64,000 nucleotides of DNA from Paraspadella gotoi (taxonomy: Eukaryota; Animalia; Chaetognatha), in assembly GCA_051294375.1 (NCBI GenBank), contig CM119267.1, forward strand, positions 6,658,367 to 6,722,366, in the 5' to 3' direction. Shown one piece after another: positions 40,741 to 53,031 of this stretch. The notes under the pieces were generated by a model. It searched no databases. It was not told where the DNA came from and worked only from the letters and a program-made list of their open reading frames with translations. Numbering within the stretch: position 1 is the first letter of the stretch; every line of letters starts with the position of its first letter. The translations under genes and the position numbers were made by a program.

Positions 40741-41412
40741 TGAGACAAAATGAGAATTAGAGAGTGTGAACAGAAAGGAATAAGAGTGAATTAGGGAAAA
40801 CTTACTAATAATTTTTGCCGATAGTCAAGTCAAGTCGACAAGTTTAACATGAAACAGAATTTTCAATGTGTGGGACTGCAAAGACATTGTTGTGTTTACA
40901 TGTATTTCGACATGATGATGTGATTAGCCAAGTCGGAATCTTATAGCCAACAAGCGTCTCATAGCTGACCAGTGACGACCTATCTGTAAAGCATTAACTA
41001 AAAAATCATTTTTTGTGAAGTACATGTATTGTGCATTGACTTATCAGTGATCACTTATCACGAAACTATATTTCTGTGGCCACCTAGAAGAAACCTTTGT
41101 TCTCAATCATCGTCCCTCAAGATGTCGCCCCGATTGTTCCCTTTTGTTCTTTGACCCTTTTCTTTAGTTCAAATCTTAACTGAAGATTTCATACTGATTT
41201 CAGCCGTGCCACATTTCTACGTGTCCTCAGCAAAATTGCCGTTTCTAAGGTCGCAATATTTGTAATTCAATTTTCAAACTTAAGTTAGTACACGGAATTT
41301 ATTAATCGTTCAAAAAATCTAATCCCATAATCCAATAATCGAAAATAGTTCAATACACAAAAAAGCAAAAAAAAAAAAAAAAAGAAAAAATATTGCCATT
41401 TACTGTGACCGA

Positions 41413-41452
41413 AACTTTTGCATTTCTCGTTCTTTGTTGCGCAATTCCTTTC
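41413..41452 (-). repeat. Exact 40-bp copy of internal CDS segment 41896-41935 placed across/after the stop codon
   Basis: aacttttgcatttctcgttctttgttgcgcaattcctttc occurs at both positions. Confidence 0.95.
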
Positions 41453-43487
41453 AAAGAAAAACAGAAGGACTTATTTCTTTTAGTGATTCCTCCTCTTCTT
41501 CAAGACGAATCTTCTCTCCTGAAATCTTTCTCTCAGATATTTTCATGGAGCTTGGGGAATTTTCAAGTTTTCCCCTCGATTCGCGGATTTCCCTGTCGTC
41601 CTTCATTTCCGATCTTGCGACGACCGTTTCCAATTCTTTCTTGCTCGTCTTCCCCTTCTCCAAGCCCTTCTTTTCCACCGCCTGGAACTCCTTGTCGATC
41701 CTGCGCTTTGAAAACCTTTCAGGATTTTCAAGATGATCGAGCAAGTCGAGGAGAGACACGGCTTTCAAGAGCGGGAGCATCTCTTCCTTCAGCCTTTCTA
41801 TTTTGACCGAGGATTCCGCGTCTTCGATTCCAACGTCCTCTAGTCCGAGACTGCACTTCTTGATCTTACCCTTGGAGTAGTTGTGGCTCGCTTTCAACTT
41901 TTGCATTTCTCGTTCTTTGTTGCGCAATTCCTTTCTGTACTTATCGGCCGTGTCTTTTAAGGGTTGCAAATTGAATTCCAGAAGCTTCAGGGGCTTATCG
42001 ATATCCTTTTTGAATTGATCGAAAAATTTTCCAAAATCGTCGGCACTCATTTCCACCGCTGAACCACCTTCAAACTGTAGGTGGACCTCTCCATGCATTT
42101 TTTCAAAATTCTCAATCGACTTTCGCTTCAACTCTTTTCGTTCTTCGTAGGCCTCGACGCATTTTTCAGAAAAATCTTGGGCGAATTCCAACTCGGGAAA
42201 ATTGCGCTTGGCGAACCACAGAATGTGCAAGATGAGCGACGGGGTGTTCTTCAAAATTTGCTGGAGCGCATCGGCCTTTGAGGTGGACTCCGATTTAAAA
42301 TGTTTGCTGTGCTCGTCCCAGTGGATCAGCAGATTACGACAATAGCGAATGTATCCGACCAAGGTGGGAGGATACTTAGATTTTTTGTAGACTTCCTCCA
42401 AGGTAAAGTTCTTCCATTTCTCTTCGAAAACCATGAAGAACGATTCATTGAGTTTGTTCAAAATTCTCTGGGCCTCGTCCCCACGTCCCAGGGCCACTAT
42501 GTGCAAATTAAAGGCGTTGATCGCGCCTATCACGGTTTCCGCTTCCCAAAAAAACGGATGTTTCTCCGCCTCCCAAATATCTATCCTCTTCTTGGGTTCG
42601 AATTGAGTCATGCTGCTGACCAGATTTCTTCCGAGCTCGTCGATATCCGCCACCATCAATTGATTCCGTTCGTTGTTGTTCATGTTGCAGACGGTCTCGC
42701 ACAGCTTGTTCCCTTGGAACAAGTGTCGGCGTTCTCGGTCCAACGCTTTAAAGATGACGATGCCCAAGGCGTAGACATCGGCCGAAGCGAAGTCTCCTAT
42801 CTTCACCGTCGAATTATTTCGCTTGAGTTCGTCGATCTCAGGCGCCTTGTAAAGGTCGGTGAAGATTTTTCCCGTGGAAATGTTGTAAATTGTCTCGTCG
42901 GTATCCATCCTTTTGGTGGAGTCGAAATCCGCCAGCTTGACGGCGAATCTATCTCCACGCTTTAGCCTCTTGAGCAGAAAGTTGCCGGGTTTGAGGTCGC
43001 GATGCGCGACTCGATCGTTCGCTTCGTTAGTTTTGGAGTGAATGTAGGCGACGGGTCGAACCAATTGCTGGACCAACTCCTTCTCCGTCAGCTTTTTCAA
43101 CACCTCTTTGCTAAAATTCTGGCCGTCGCGGGTTTTAGGCTCCAGCACGTCGTCCAGCGACCCGTCGGCACGCTCCATGAGGAGCTTGAAGGTGAAAGAG
43201 TCGTCCTCCTTCACGTGACACGTTCTGCAGCCATAGAATTGGATGACGCCGTCGTGATCCTGCAGGGATCGGTGAATCTTGGCGCAGTCGACGAGGCGAT
43301 CGATGTCCTTTTGATCGCATCCACGAGTTACCTTGACGACGACGTTTTGCTCGCCACAGTCGTCCTTCAAGGTGGCGGGGTGGACGGAGATCAGCTTCCC
43401 GACTCGCCGATCGATGCGAGCCGCGTCGGAATAATCGATCCCGACTTGGAACAATCCTCCCGTGAGCGTTTTCATTTTGGAAGACAT
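41451..43487 (-). CDS. IRE1/RNase L-family protein kinase(-like) + KEN (HEPN) endoribonuclease with C-terminal charged coiled-coil-like tail, 678 aa from first ATG
   Basis: Uninterrupted ORF 43514-41451, with first ATG at 43487 and an in-frame TGA at 43517-43515. Kinase motifs (ORF-track numbering): VVVK61, HDGVIQFY, LLMER, HRDLKPGN (171-178), LADFD (194-198), APE (224-226), DVYALG, R310. These are followed by the HPFFW (319-323) kinase/KEN junction and the KEN features W367, Y381, RNLLIH (393-398) and TPSLILHI. Residues ~445-687 are K/E-rich helical sequence. No signal peptide, TM segment or ankyrin repeats are visible. Confidence 0.92.
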   Translation of the reverse strand: MSSKMKTLTGGLFQVGIDYSDAARIDRRVGKLISVHPATLKDDCGEQNVVVKVTRGCDQKDIDRLVDCAKIHRSLQDHDGVIQFYGCRTCHVKEDDSFTFKLLMERADGSLDDVLEPKTRDGQNFSKEVLKKLTEKELVQQLVRPVAYIHSKTNEANDRVAHRDLKPGNFLLKRLKRGDRFAVKLADFDSTKRMDTDETIYNISTGKIFTDLYKAPEIDELKRNNSTVKIGDFASADVYALGIVIFKALDRERRHLFQGNKLCETVCNMNNNERNQLMVADIDELGRNLVSSMTQFEPKKRIDIWEAEKHPFFWEAETVIGAINAFNLHIVALGRGDEAQRILNKLNESFFMVFEEKWKNFTLEEVYKKSKYPPTLVGYIRYCRNLLIHWDEHSKHFKSESTSKADALQQILKNTPSLILHILWFAKRNFPELEFAQDFSEKCVEAYEERKELKRKSIENFEKMHGEVHLQFEGGSAVEMSADDFGKFFDQFKKDIDKPLKLLEFNLQPLKDTADKYRKELRNKEREMQKLKASHNYSKGKIKKCSLGLEDVGIEDAESSVKIERLKEEMLPLLKAVSLLDLLDHLENPERFSKRRIDKEFQAVEKKGLEKGKTSKKELETVVARSEMKDDREIRESRGKLENSPSSMKISERKISGEKIRLEEEEESLKEISPSVFL

Positions 43488-43685
43488 TTCGTAGTTTTTC
43501 AACGTTTTTGTCAATCAATGTAAATTTTTTTTTTCCGTTACAAGAAATGAACTGAGCCCGTGGCACCTTGTCTTTCTTCTTTTTTTTTCCCCCCCGAAAT
43601 TGGCGGTTTCAAGACTATCTCTCTCTCGCTCTCTCTCTCTCGCTCTCTCTCTCTCTCACTCTCTCTCTCTCTCTCTCTCTCTCTT

Positions 43686-43745
<60 letters not shown>

Positions 43746-44869
43746 CCTTTACCTACATTTAAACAGGTACCTGAAAAAAATTACTTGGCTAATGGTGAAT
43801 TACCTTATATTTAAAAGTGGAGCACTCAAGAACAAAAAAATTATTTGAATGATAAAATATATTTATAGTAATATTCTTATAAAATAGTAAATTTTAAAAA
43901 TAATTTTATAATAAAATAGTAAAATAGTATGTCTTAAAAATAATTTTATAATAAAGATTCAGATTCTTCATAAGAAAATTGAATTAAAAATATAACATGT
44001 TATCAAAAATTCTGTTATCTTCAGCATTTAAAAAGGGAAAAAAGGTGAACATTCTTGATTTTTTTTATTTTCTTAGACTTATATATGTTAAAACGTTTTA
44101 GTCATTTTTTTGGATCCAAACATTAAAATATCATATAACATATTTTATAAAAGTTTCTTAGTTTTTTATGGCGAATCCAAATCTGTTTAAAAAAAAAATT
44201 ATTTTGAAAATTCAAAAATGCCAACGATTCAACGAATGTTAGATAGCCTAGTTGTTTTTATTTTAAAGCGAAATGCTATTATTTGTTTCATCATCGGACA
44301 AATAATAATTATAATATAGTATTGTAAGTTAGTTTTGTGCAGAAAGTAAATTAACCAATTTTAAATTTATCCTAAATTTCATGACTTGCAGAAATTCATG
44401 TCTTAAAACTCACCCTCAAACGAGGGGGCGAAAATGGATAAACCGGTATTTATAATGAAATAAAAACTTGGTTTAAAAAAAAAAGTAAAGTAAACCGGTA
44501 CTTTAAAATGAGACAAACGATAAAGAATAAAAGTCGGTACAAACAGTCGGTCTGTCGACGTCTCCCATTTATCCCAGCGACGGTGAACGAGATTCGTCCA
44601 TCTGTTTGTTTAATCCTCGTCTGGCTCGTTTCCCTGGCGACCGTATGTCACGTTCCGTTCTCTCCTATTTTGTCAGGATCAATTTTTATTCATTTTTTCG
44701 CACTCTCGACTCTCTCACTCTCTATCGCGACTGTCTCTCTCTTTCTTTTTCAGTTAATTTTCCATTTTAACCTTTTCCCGCGCTGTTTTGAACCTACTCT
44801 AGCGTTCGGAGGTAGGGAGGAAAAAGTGTGAATAAAGTTTTAAACCGTTTTAAATAGTCGACCAAATAA

Positions 44870-45362
44870 GCAAATATACATATTCGCGAAAACCAACTAT
44901 TGAAATGTAACAAACAAGTAACAGCTTCCATATTAATGTCAAGATATGGAATGCTTGAGTGTGGCAAGAACTATAATTCTACAATAAATCAAATCTGTGA
45001 AAAATGCAACAAGGAAGATGATGAAGAACATAGACTAAATTATTGTCCTAAATGGAATCATTTAAACTTTATGCGCAATCTTGATAAAAAACCTTTTTCT
45101 GATATATACTTAAATAACATAGAAAAACTAAAGCATATCATGATTCGGATAGAGAGAGTGTGGATCGTTAAAAAAGGAACGGGATCTATGTGTAAACACT
45201 GAAATTGTAAACTATGTATAAATTGTATATAGTTAGTCCACTTTGTAACTTTTTTGCTAATTTATCTACATTTCTTTAAAATGTGTACATACATATATAC
45301 ATATATATACATATATATGTATAATGTATATACATATATACATATATATATTATATATGTAC
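44870..45362 (+). mobile_element. 5'-truncated non-LTR retrotransposon (LINE) 3' end: ORF2 C-terminal CCHC knuckle + 3' UTR + TA/CA-rich tail
   Basis: ORF 44900-45202 contains CEKCNKEDDEEHRLNYC (C-x2-C-x7-H-x4-C) preceded by SRYGMLECGKNY. This is the typical end of LINE ORF2. A (TA/TACA)n tail follows at ~45283-45362. Mirrored at ~56780-57270. Confidence 0.75.
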
Positions 45363-45429
45363 AGCTCATTAACAATTGCATTGTTACTGCTGTTTAAATT
45401 TTCACATTTTGAGCTTAATAAATCAAATC

Positions 45430-45515
<86 letters not shown>

Positions 45516-45609
45516 CCCATCTCTAACTCATATCTCTCCGTCTTTGCGATTTATTCCGCTCATTCTCGTGTCTCATTTTTTAATTTGGTATCGATCTTTC
45601 TCATTTTGC

Positions 45610-45686
<77 letters not shown>

Positions 45687-47306
45687 TCTCTCTCTCCCTA
45701 ATTTTTTCCATTAATCGATTTTAGATGACCATCCAACTCCAGTTTCGAATCTGGAAGCATCAGTTTTATTTTCATTTGAGGAAATTGTACAATATGTTTT
45801 CCCGAAAATAATATCTCCCTGCATCAAGTGGCACCTGTTTTTGTTGGATTCTTTGCCACGAAATGTGACATATTATGCATCCGCTTAGCCTCTGGTCCTG
45901 CGATGTGTAGTATCTTTTTTTAAGTCAATATCTAACACTACGAATACTTTTTGAAGGATGTAATCCTTTTTTTATTATCTACATTAATTAATAAAATTCT
46001 TAATTTCAGAGACCAGAAAAAGAGAAGAGAGGAAAAAAGGAGAGAACAAGAAGGAAAAGAACAGAAAAAAGATTAAGACAGAAAGATAGAAAAAGAAACT
46101 AAAAGGTGAAAGAGTAAAGTAAAGCGGAAAATGAGGAGGAGGAGGAGGAGGAGGAGGAGGAGGAAGGAGGAAAACGAATGACGAGGTGAGAAGAGAGAAA
46201 AAAAAATATGATCGTCGTGAAAAATTGGTGTCGGATATCGTAATTCGATTGACGATTTGCAGACGACAAAGATTGAGCGAAAAACGACGAAAGGGAGAAA
46301 AAAAAAGAGAGAAAAAAAAAAAGAAAGAAAAAAGACATGACGAACTTTGGGCGTAAAAATATACGATCATAATCGAATCCAGATTCTTGTAAGGTTAAAA
46401 ATGTAGTTGTAAAAGTAATACTATACAAGTATCTAACAATAAAATCACTCTCGCCATTCCAAAATATCAACTGGTAAATTAGCCTGTTATTTAACTTAGT
46501 TCTTGAATAAATGAAACTAACATTTTATAGATGTATGATATAATCTAACATAGTAGATTTTTATAGAATTAATCGTATAGCTTAAAAAGATATTTTTACT
46601 ATATCTAAGAACCTGGGAGAAGCTTAAAGAACTGGTCGTAATGCTGGTTTAAAGTAAAACCTAACAATTAATTAAATAGAAATTAAATTAAATTAATTAA
46701 AGCACGTCCAAAATTAGAAAGATCGTCAATGGAAGAGCGCCATCTCTGTCCTTCCTCTCGATTCAATTTTTTTTTGGGGGAAAAATCAAATTTTTGTTTA
46801 TTTTTATTTTTTTTATTTTTATTTTTGTGGTAAAAATTGATGAAAAATAAAAACAAAAACTTTGGAATTCCTTCGGGGATTCCTTCGGGGATTCCAAACA
46901 ATACGACGCCACTAAAAACGTTTCCCCCGGGGCAGATAAAAAAAGCGGAAAGAGAGAGAGAGAGTGGGTAGAAAAGAGCGAGAGCGAGAGCAAGAGAGAG
47001 AGAGATAAAGAGAGCGAGAGATAGAGATATATTGGGAGATCGCTTTCTTTTTCTTTTGAATTCTTTTTACTTCTGATCTCGATCTCGCATCCCAGGCAAA
47101 GAATCCATTTTAAGTTCAGGACATAAACGTAGAGAATGAAAAAGTTTAGGGGCGAAAGTGAAGTCAGGTCGAGAGTGGCGGGAAAAATGGCAAAGGCATG
47201 ATTTAGACAAATGGGGGCCAAAAAAAAGAGCATAGTCAAAGGAAAACTTAACGGAGCGCATGGCATGAAGAAGGAAAAAGGAGGAAAGCTGAAAAAACAT
47301 GGAAGC

Positions 47307-47468
47307 CATGATGGAGAGAGGAGATTCAGAGTGATGCAGGAGAGATGGCTGGAGAAAGATGATGGAGAAAGGAGATTCAGGGTGATGCAGGAAAGATGGC
47401 TGGAAAAAGACGATGGAGAAAGGAGATTTAGAGTGATGCGGGAGAGATTGCTGGAGAAAGATGATGGG
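47307..47468. repeat. 51-bp minisatellite, ~3 copies
   Basis: gatggagaaaggagattcagagtgatgcaggagagatggctggagaaagat at 47310, 47361 and 47412. Confidence 0.9.
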
Positions 47469-48616
47469 AAAATGTGCTGGAGTTTGTAATTGAAACGTTG
47501 ATTGATATTTGTTGAGAAAGAAAAAAGCAAAGTACATTTTAAAAAATTAAAGAATAAACTTTAAAAAAAAAGAGAGCCACAAAAGTAAACATGAAAATCC
47601 ACAACCCACAACACTATAAATATTCGATTAACTCGGTCGATTTCTCCATCTTTCACTATCCCTCTTTTCTCCCTCCCTCTTTCTCTCTCTCTCTCGCTCA
47701 CAATCAAAAATTCAGCTTCAGTTGGAAAACATTTTCGACCTGGTGCCGTCGTCGTCGTCATTGTCGTCGTCGTCTCGATCGTCCTCGGACTCGTCGCTCG
47801 TTTCGTCGTAGAACTCGTCGTTCTTTTAGTCATCGTTGTCGTCGTCGTCTTCGTCGTCGCCCTCGTTCCGCTCGCGTAACGCCTTCTGGCGTCGTCGTCG
47901 TCGATGTCGTCGTGGCCGCAAAAACTCTGGCATTTTCCTTCTCGGTTCGGGACGCCGTTGTTTTCTCTAGCGACGTCGTCGTCGTCGTCGTCGTCGACGT
48001 TTTGGTTAAAAATAATTTCAGATTTTCGGGAAAAAAATCCTAAACAAAAATTCGTCTTAATTATTTCGCGATGAAACAATTTTTCTTCCGTGGTTTCTCG
48101 TTTTCGTTCGTTCGTTCGTTCGTTCGTTCGTTCGTTCGTTCGTTTCTTTGTTCGTTCGTCCTTCGGGATTCAATTTGTCCGTCCGTTTGGTTATTCTTTT
48201 GTATCAACCATTATTCATTGTTTGTTCTCTCGTATTAAAAAGTAAAAACCTCCAATTTTTTTAGTTGAAGTTTTGGTGACAACAACGATAACAACAACAA
48301 CAACAACCTTAACGACTCTTGAACTTACCTAAGGTCAGAAAGTTAACCGACCTACTTACACTCTTTGATTCGTTTTGATTCGTATTTTTATTTATACTAT
48401 TGTCTTCTCTCTATTTGTTATCGTCGTTTTCATCTCTCTGAAAATGATTTTGACCATTACATGTTGTAAATATTTTCGTGAAACGTCTTCTTATTTTTTT
48501 TTATTCAAATTCCTGTAAAAGTCATTTACAAAAATGTTTTGATTTTTATTTATTCTTACTTTCATCTTCGATTTGGGTCTGTCTTTCTTTCTAAATTTTG
48601 TGTCTCTTCTTTCCAC

Positions 48617-48655
<39 letters not shown>

Positions 48656-49079
48656 TTCTTTCTTTCTTTTCTTTCTTTCTTTCTTTTCTTTCTTTCTATC
48701 TCTCTTTCTTTGCTCATATATTTCTCATCTAACCTTCTTGAACTTCCACTGACTCTTCCGAATTCAGTCAACCTTTAAAGAAGCCTCTTCGATATAATAT
48801 TGTCTTTTTCATATCTTTTTTCTTCCTTTTATTTTTTTTTCCTCATTTATATATTTATTTTCATCTCGTTTTCTTAGAGAGAAATATGGACTGGCGAGCA
48901 CCCGCGCCCGTCACGCTATAGCAATTTTTCTGCCCCCCCCTCTTCTCCCCCTCTTGTTCCCAAAAATATGATTTTCCAGGAAGAGAGAAAAAAGAGATTT
49001 TTTCGTTCCAAATGAAATCTACTTTTTTTTTTTCTTTCCGCTTTATTTTCTATGAGATTCGGTTATGTTCGTTATGCTT

Positions 49080-49134
<55 letters not shown>

Positions 49135-49259
49135 CTCTCTTTTTATTTTTTTCCTTCTTTCCTTTCCCACAAATAGACTTATGTTTATTTCCTTGAACAT
49201 TTTCTGCTCAGGAGACCGTATTTACTCGATAACCTCATTCGCCAATTTTCTCCAAATTT

Positions 49260-49323
<64 letters not shown>

Positions 49324-49876
49324 ACGCACACACACTTTTCTCTCTCACGTTTTCTCTCTTTCACAGAAGACTCTCTTCGCTCTGATTCTTTAATGCTACG
49401 TATTATCTCTTCAGTATTCTTATACGTCTTCCTATTTATCTACTATTCGTAAGTATAACAATACGTATTTATCTTCATATATTGACACAACGCTACATGT
49501 TCCTGTATTTTTTCTGATAAGTGGAGTTATGCTTTTTTTGTTAAACTGGATGCTGTCATTTCTAACTAAAAAAAAACTCGATATTTTTTTCACTTTTTTC
49601 AACTCGGTTGTTACATTTCATCTTCTTGTGACATCTGCTAACGAGGCCTAGTATTCTACCAACTTAATTTTTCTTGGATTCAATTTTGTTTATAACTTTT
49701 CAATTTCACAAATGGAGTCAACTCTCTTTTATCCGTTTCATTTTCTTTTGTATCGTAATTTCTCTTTTTCTTTTTCTTCTCTTTTCTATTTCAATTTCCA
49801 AACTTTTTTCTCGATCCCACTTTACCTGAACTATTGTTTTTATCCCGTCGGTAAATTCCATTAGTGCTCGACTCCG

Positions 49877-49945
<69 letters not shown>

Positions 49946-50102
49946 TTTCCAAGAGTCGAGCCCAGGACTTTTTTCAAACATTTTCTTTTTCACTCTCATC
50001 TCTATAACAGTTTCTGGCCCATTTATGGAGGTTTAAACCCTATTGTTATCGCGGTCCTTCGCTCCTTCACCCCTTCTGCTTCTTCTCTCTCTCACTCTTT
50101 CT

Positions 50103-50186
<84 letters not shown>

Positions 50187-50649
50187 TCACTCACACTCGC
50201 TCACTCCCACGCCCCTTCATCCCGATCACCGCCTTGGTGATTCTCGTTTGCATAATTCATTCCGGTCGCCCGTCGTCGTCGTCGTCGTCGTCGTCTTCGG
50301 TTATCGTCGTCGTCGTTGTGAACGTCTTCGTCATTCACATCTCGACATCACTATGTCGTCGTTTTTATTTGTTGTCATCGGAGTATTAATAGTTGTTGTG
50401 ATCTTTGCTTTGCTCGATTATTGTTCGACCTCATTGCCAGCCATATTCGGCCATTTTATCCAAAAGCACCCCAATTCAACTGAACTTAAGAATTAAGTTA
50501 ATTTTTAGTTATAATGTTTAGGTAAGGGTTTAATTAACATCGTCGTCGTCTTCATTTTCGTCGTAGTCATCGTCGTGATCCTCATGGCGACGAAATTCCA
50601 AATTCCCATTTAAAAAAAAAAAACTTTGTAAAAAATACTATAAATTTAC

Positions 50650-50991
50650 AACAAGAACGGTAATTTCAATGTTCTTTTCGCCTGTGTATTTATGACATGC
50701 ACTGCATCGAAATTCCGTCTTTTATACCTAAGAGTTTTAGGAATTCCTGAAGGCAGCGCTAGCAGTCCCTTAGAATTGAGGTTTTTTCTGTCTCAACAAA
50801 TGAGCATCCAGCTATAGGCAAATTATATCCATTTTTAATGTAAGTGGGACAGACCGACGGACATGACAGACTTACCTGTTGGACATAACCCCGCTCATCA
50901 TACAAACCAACCGACGGACCGACCGACAGACCGACCGACCGAAAATGACTGAAAGAGTTGCTCCGCGAGTACTCGCGGCGCAACTACAAAA
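50650..50991. mobile_element. Helentron-associated (HINE/DINE-1-like) non-autonomous element
   Basis: (GACC/GACG/GACA)n microsatellite at ~50848-50941, then palindrome AGTTGC-T-CCGCGAGT|ACTCGCGG-C-GCAACT (50956-50985) and an A-rich end. The left boundary (aacaaga ~50650) is a guess. Confidence 0.55.
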
Positions 50992-51985
50992 TCCCGAGCT
51001 CAGTTTCCAAATAACGAGGTCTTAAGGGAAAAAAGAAAAAAAANNNNNNNNNNNNNNNNNNNNNNNNNTTTTAACACGACGACGACAACAACAACCGATG
51101 ACAACGACGGCAATGAATTTTTCACCAGCGGTTTAAAAACGCTTTAATTTTTTTTTCTTTTTTCCCTTAGACCTCGTTATTTGGAAACTGAGCTCGGGAT
51201 TTGTAGTTGCGCCGCGAGTACTCGCGGAGCAACTCTTCAGTCATTTTCGGTCGGTCGGTCTGTCGGTCGGTCCGTCGTTGGTTTGTATGATGAGCGGGGT
51301 ATGTCAAAACAGTAAAGTCTGTTCATGTCCGTCGGTCTGTCCCACTTACATTAAAAATGGATATAATTTGCCTATAGCTGGATGCTCATGTTGTTGAGAC
51401 AGAAAAAAACCTCAATTCTAAGGGACTGCTAGCGCTGCCTTAGGAATTCCTAAAACTCTTAGGTATAAAAGACGGAATTCGATGCAGTCATGTCATAAAT
51501 ACACAGGCGAAAAGAACATGAAATTACAGTTCTTGTTGTAAATTTATAGTATTTTTACAAAGTTTTTTTTAAATGGAATTTGGAATTCGTCGCCATGAGG
51601 ATCACGACGATGACTACGACGAAAATGAAGACGACGACGATGTTATTAAACCCTTACCTAAACATATAACTAAAATTAACTTAATTCTGAGTTCAGTTGA
51701 ATTGGGGTGCTTTTGGATAAAATGGCCGAATATGGCTGGCATGAGGACGAACAATAATGAGCAAAGCAAAGATCACAACAACTATTTATACTCCGATGAC
51801 AACAAATAAAAACGAAGACATAGTGATGTCGAGATGTGAATGACGAAGACGTCACAACGACGACGACGATAACCGAAGACGACGACGACGACGACGACGA
51901 CGGGCGACCGGAATGATTATGCAAACGAGAATCACCAAGGCGGTGATCGGGATGAAGGGGCGTGGGAGTGAGCGAGTGTGAGTGA

Positions 51986-52052
<67 letters not shown>

Positions 52053-52197
52053 GAGGTAGAGAGAGAAGACAGATGGGGAAGGAGCGGACCGCGATAACAA
52101 TAGGTTTAAAACCTCCATAAATGGGCCAGAAACTGTATAGAGATGAGAGTGAAAAAGAAAATGTGAAAAAAGTCCTGGGCTCGACTCTTGAAAAACG

Positions 52198-52228
<31 letters not shown>

Positions 52229-52807
52229 GAGAGAGAGAGGAGAGAGAGAGCTCGGCACTAATGGAATTTACCGACGGGATAAAAACAATAGTTCAAGGTA
52301 AAGTGGGATCGAGAAAAAGTTTGGAAATTAAATAGAAAAGAGAAGAAAAGAAAAAGAGAAATTACGATACAAAAGAAAATGAAAAGGGATAAAAGAGAGT
52401 TGACTCATTTGTGAAATTGAAAAAGTTATAAACAAAATTGAATCAAGAAAAATTAAGTGGTAGAATACTAGGCCTCGCTTAGCAGATGTCACACAGAAGA
52501 TGAAATGTAACAAACGAGTTGAAAAAGAGTGAAAAAAATATCGAGTTTTTTTTTTTAGTTAGAAATGACAGCAATCCAGTTTAACAAAAAAAGCATACTC
52601 CACTTATCAGAAAAAATACAGGAACATGTAGCGTTAGTGTTCCAATATATGAAGATAATACGTATGTTATACTACGAATAGTAGATAAATAGGAGACGTA
52701 TAAGATACTGAAGAGATAATACGTAGCATTATAAGAATCAGAGCGAAGAGAGTCTTCTGGTGAAAGAGAGAAAACGTGAGAGAGAAAAGTGTGTGTGCGT
52801 GAGAGAA

Positions 52808-52859
<52 letters not shown>

Positions 52860-53000
52860 GAGAAATTTGGAGAAAATTGGCGAATGAGGTTATCGAGTAA
52901 ATACGGTCTCCTGAGCAAAAATGTTCAAGGAAATAAACATAAGTCTATTTGTGGGAAAGGAAGAAGGAAAAAAATAAAAAGAGAGGAGAGAGAGAAGGAG

Positions 53001-53031
<31 letters not shown>

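Noticed and set aside
41357-41390. A-run next to the kinase gene's 3' end as a retrogene poly(A) tail
   Set aside because: It is on the wrong strand: it reads as poly(T) in the gene's sense direction.
42081-43566. Overlapping ORFs 42300-42965 (+), 43002-43523 (+), 43135-43566 (-) and others
   Set aside because: Antisense or alternate-frame shadows of the kinase-KEN CDS with no motifs of their own.
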